DNA of 64,000 nucleotides from Eledone cirrhosa (lineage: Eukaryota). Made by a program: the position numbers and the translations under genes. Positions within the stretch are counted from its first letter, which is position 1. Each line of letters opens with the position of its first letter. The notes under the pieces are model-generated. The model was not told where the DNA came from. It did not search any database and saw nothing but the letters and a program-made list of their open reading frames with translations. Positions 60,683 through 64,000 of this stretch are shown piece by piece. Location of the stretch: the NCBI GenBank assembly GCA_964016885.1, contig OZ024748.1:6758001-6822000 (forward strand). Direction: 5' to 3'.

Positions 60683-61369
60683 CACACAAACCACACGCGC
60701 GCGCGCACGGACACTCACACATATATATTTGTACGTGTGTGTTTATGTATCTGTATGTGTTTGCTTGTGTATGTATATACATACATACAAACACATACAC
60801 ACATACATACATACGTAAACACAGCCTGAGATATTTCTAATGTTTTAATGTATGTTATCTGACATATTGTTGGGATATATGTTGGGCCCCTTCTCTCCTT
60901 CTTTCCTTTCTTTCTAAAACTTCATTTTCACCTAAAATATTTCCACCATTTTAAATGAAGAACAAAGACCATAATAAAGATCAACACTAAATAAATAAAT
61001 ACACAACATTATATAAAAAAGAAAGAGAAGTAAATGTTTATTATCGTTCTTGATCCTGAAGTCAAAATTCCATTTAATTTATTAGGTAAGAAAGAAAAAT
61101 AAACAAAATTTCACAGAGAGAGAAAAAAAATCATCAAATAGTTATCTAAACATATATAAATATATAAATATATATGAATACTAAATACAATGAAAACGAA
61201 AAGCCAAAGAAATAAGGAAAGGTCTGAGTAAAGTAGAGAAGAGTAGGAAGGAAAGAATATAAATGTGGACAAAAATACACCAACAAATTTCAAAGAAATA
61301 CACACATTTTGGGCGTGATATAATGTAGAAATAGATAGTGATAACCCTTTATTTTCTTTTTTAGATAAC

Positions 61370-61478
<109 letters not shown>

Positions 61479-61497
61479 ATATAGGTACATATGTGTG

Positions 61498-61531
<34 letters not shown>

Positions 61532-61554
61532 ATATTTATATGTAGTTATTTAAG

Positions 61555-61652
<98 letters not shown>

Positions 61653-62989
61653 CATATATGAATGTATGTATATCAAGAGTTTATTCCTTAAATATATTGA
61701 TGAAAAATTAATGCAATGAGGGAAAATCTATGTATAGAGATGTGCAAGTATGTATGAAGAAACCATCCATGTACAATAAATTTTACATTCCTTTATGTGC
61801 GAAATACCATTCAGAAAAAAAATACATTCAGCCTAAAGCAAATTTCATGCACGTACACACACATAAACACACACCCTCACACACACTCACACACCCACAC
61901 AGACATTGACGCTCTCACATCTATACATCCCTTAACATTCTCAAGCATATATTCACATACATACTATCTTACTCTCGAACACAGACACACATTCACACAC
62001 AATCACAAATTAGAATGTACAATGACATTTTTTTTCCAAGTTCCATTTTTTCCGTTTTTTAAATCATTTTGTTGTATATATTTTCTTCAGTCACCTATTT
62101 AATACATATATAAATCTAAAAATGTATATAACTAAAATGAAATAAATAAATATAATAAATAAAGAAATTATAAAAAAAAGAAAGTTGAGTAAATTTATCA
62201 CTTGTTAGGTCGGGTGAGTGGCAGAGAAACGGTTGAGCATCGAGCTAATCCTTCGCGTTGGTGTTTGTATTGCTATATTTTAATCACCGTCATTACGTAG
62301 TGATTTCAAATCGCAGCCATTGTTACATACAAATCTATTCTTCAGATCACTGGTCGGTATTTTCTGTGCTGTGTAATGTAGCTAGTATTGTTAGGATTAC
62401 AAGTATTTATGCAGTTATTGTTGTTGTTGTTAATGGTGGTGAGGGTGATGTTGCTATTGTTACTGTTTTTATTTATTGTTGTTGTTCGTGGGGATGTTGG
62501 GAGTTATGGAGATATTACTGTTGTTAGTTTCTGTTGTTTGAGGTTTTGCTGTTGTTACTTTTGTTGTTGTTATTACTAGTGTTGTTGATATTATTGTTGG
62601 TTGAAATGTTGCTACTGTTGTTGTTGTCATTATTGTATAACCCCATGTGAGCTATGAATCCAATCATGGCTAAGTTCCACACGGAGTTAAGTAGATAGGA
62701 TTATTAGAATTGCAAGAATTGTTGCAATTGTTATTGTTGTTTCTTTCCATAATATGTATGAACCAACAAATTTATTATCAAATCCATTCCAAGCATGCCC
62801 ATCCTATCCAGTGCGTTTAGCGTCACATTTTCCAATCTTTTGTTCTGCTATTTCGCAGATCGAACGACCACATAGTGCCTTCCCCAACACGTCCGCTAGT
62901 GTTGAGATCAATATCAATATCTGGGTTGATAGAACTGTTAAAGTAGTTGTTATATATTTCAGGTCAAAATATGAATAATAATAATAATA

Positions 62990-63103
62990 ACTGTTTCTAC
63001 GTTTGGCACAAGGCCAGCAATTATCCCAGTGTATTACTGGTACTTTATTTTATCGACCCCGTAAGGATGAAAGGCAAAGTTAACCTTGGCGGGATTTGAA
63101 CTC
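62990..63103 (-). mobile_element. SINE family 1, truncated
   Basis: Tail through B box only. Confidence 0.8.
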
Positions 63104-64000
63104 ATAACCGGCTCCATTTTCAGAACCTGTAGAAGAATCTCTATGGTAAATTCTCCAGCGAATTGCACTCTGGGTTCTTGGGTGATAGACGTACACCAAC
63201 ACATGACTTGAAACCACCAAACTGGTCGTTAACTACCTGTATCGGAGTCCTCCCTAATGGAAGCATTTGCACCAGGGGTCTCGTTTGTGGAGACGTTCCT
63301 CCCTGCATCATATCAAGTGTCGTAGGCCTAGAAATGCGTTATGGACTCGGGATTTACCTCCCTAACTAAGAGGTAAGAAAGTAATGTGACTTAATATATA
63401 CCAGGAATATGTCTACCAACCCCACAAACGCACACTCTCTCATGTTTTCTCTCATTAACTAACAAATATAAAAGCCGTTTAAATGAATTTATACGAGATT
63501 CATTCACAGACGTGAAGGATAAATATTTTCCACCAAACATGTTCTATTTTCTTCTTTTTACTAAATACGTGATGTTGCTATCAGCAACGTGGGATATGGA
63601 AATGTATGGGGTTTTCCACTCAAGGAAGTAATACAAACCAAGGACCCATATCTTCCTTCTAACACCCACAATATATTTTTTATCCTCAGTCATTGTTTGA
63701 TTAAACTATCTAATCATCACCTCCTACACCATATCTGTACAGGATAAGATTTATAAGAGTCAGTTTATGTCTTAAGATATCGTATGAAATAGAGAACACC
63801 GGGCAGCAGGAATCCTATTTTCGTTTAAAAAACTAAAGGTTTTTTTTTATGTAATGCACGAAAGCTTGAGACATGGTTGTGGAATTTTAGTCCTTTATCT
63901 ACTCTCTTCTTTCGTGTCTCTTTCTAGCTCTCTCATCCCCTATATCTATCTACTATTCTACCTCACTACCCACCTACCTATTTTAATACCTACATAACTA

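Overview
This is very AT-rich, microsatellite-saturated animal DNA; the repeat content and the Hox peptide suggest a cephalopod, probably Octopus (inference). The only host gene I can support is coding exon 1 of a central-class Hox gene on the minus strand (12270->11874, MSSY...FYPWMSIVG, phase-1 GTAAGT donor), most likely Lox2. I found no homeobox exon, so it presumably lies beyond position 1. The rest is an intron of more than 11.8 kb plus about 51 kb of upstream DNA containing (TA)n/(CA)n/(GGT)n tracts, two tRNA-derived SINE families, RTE and CR1-like LINE fragments, a Helitron-like element, MITEs and a Penelope-like GIY-YIG fragment. The main hidden signal is a set of short non-coding elements from several unrelated families sitting in or next to microsatellites, mostly (TA)n. 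They carry type I hammerhead ribozyme motifs (five with an intact CUGANGA core, plus degenerate ones). Six head-to-head palindromes have their turning point inside the hammerhead. A second oddity is a diverged ~430-bp palindrome holding two convergent tRNA-like Pol III units. All structures were paired by eye, and repeat boundaries are approximate.
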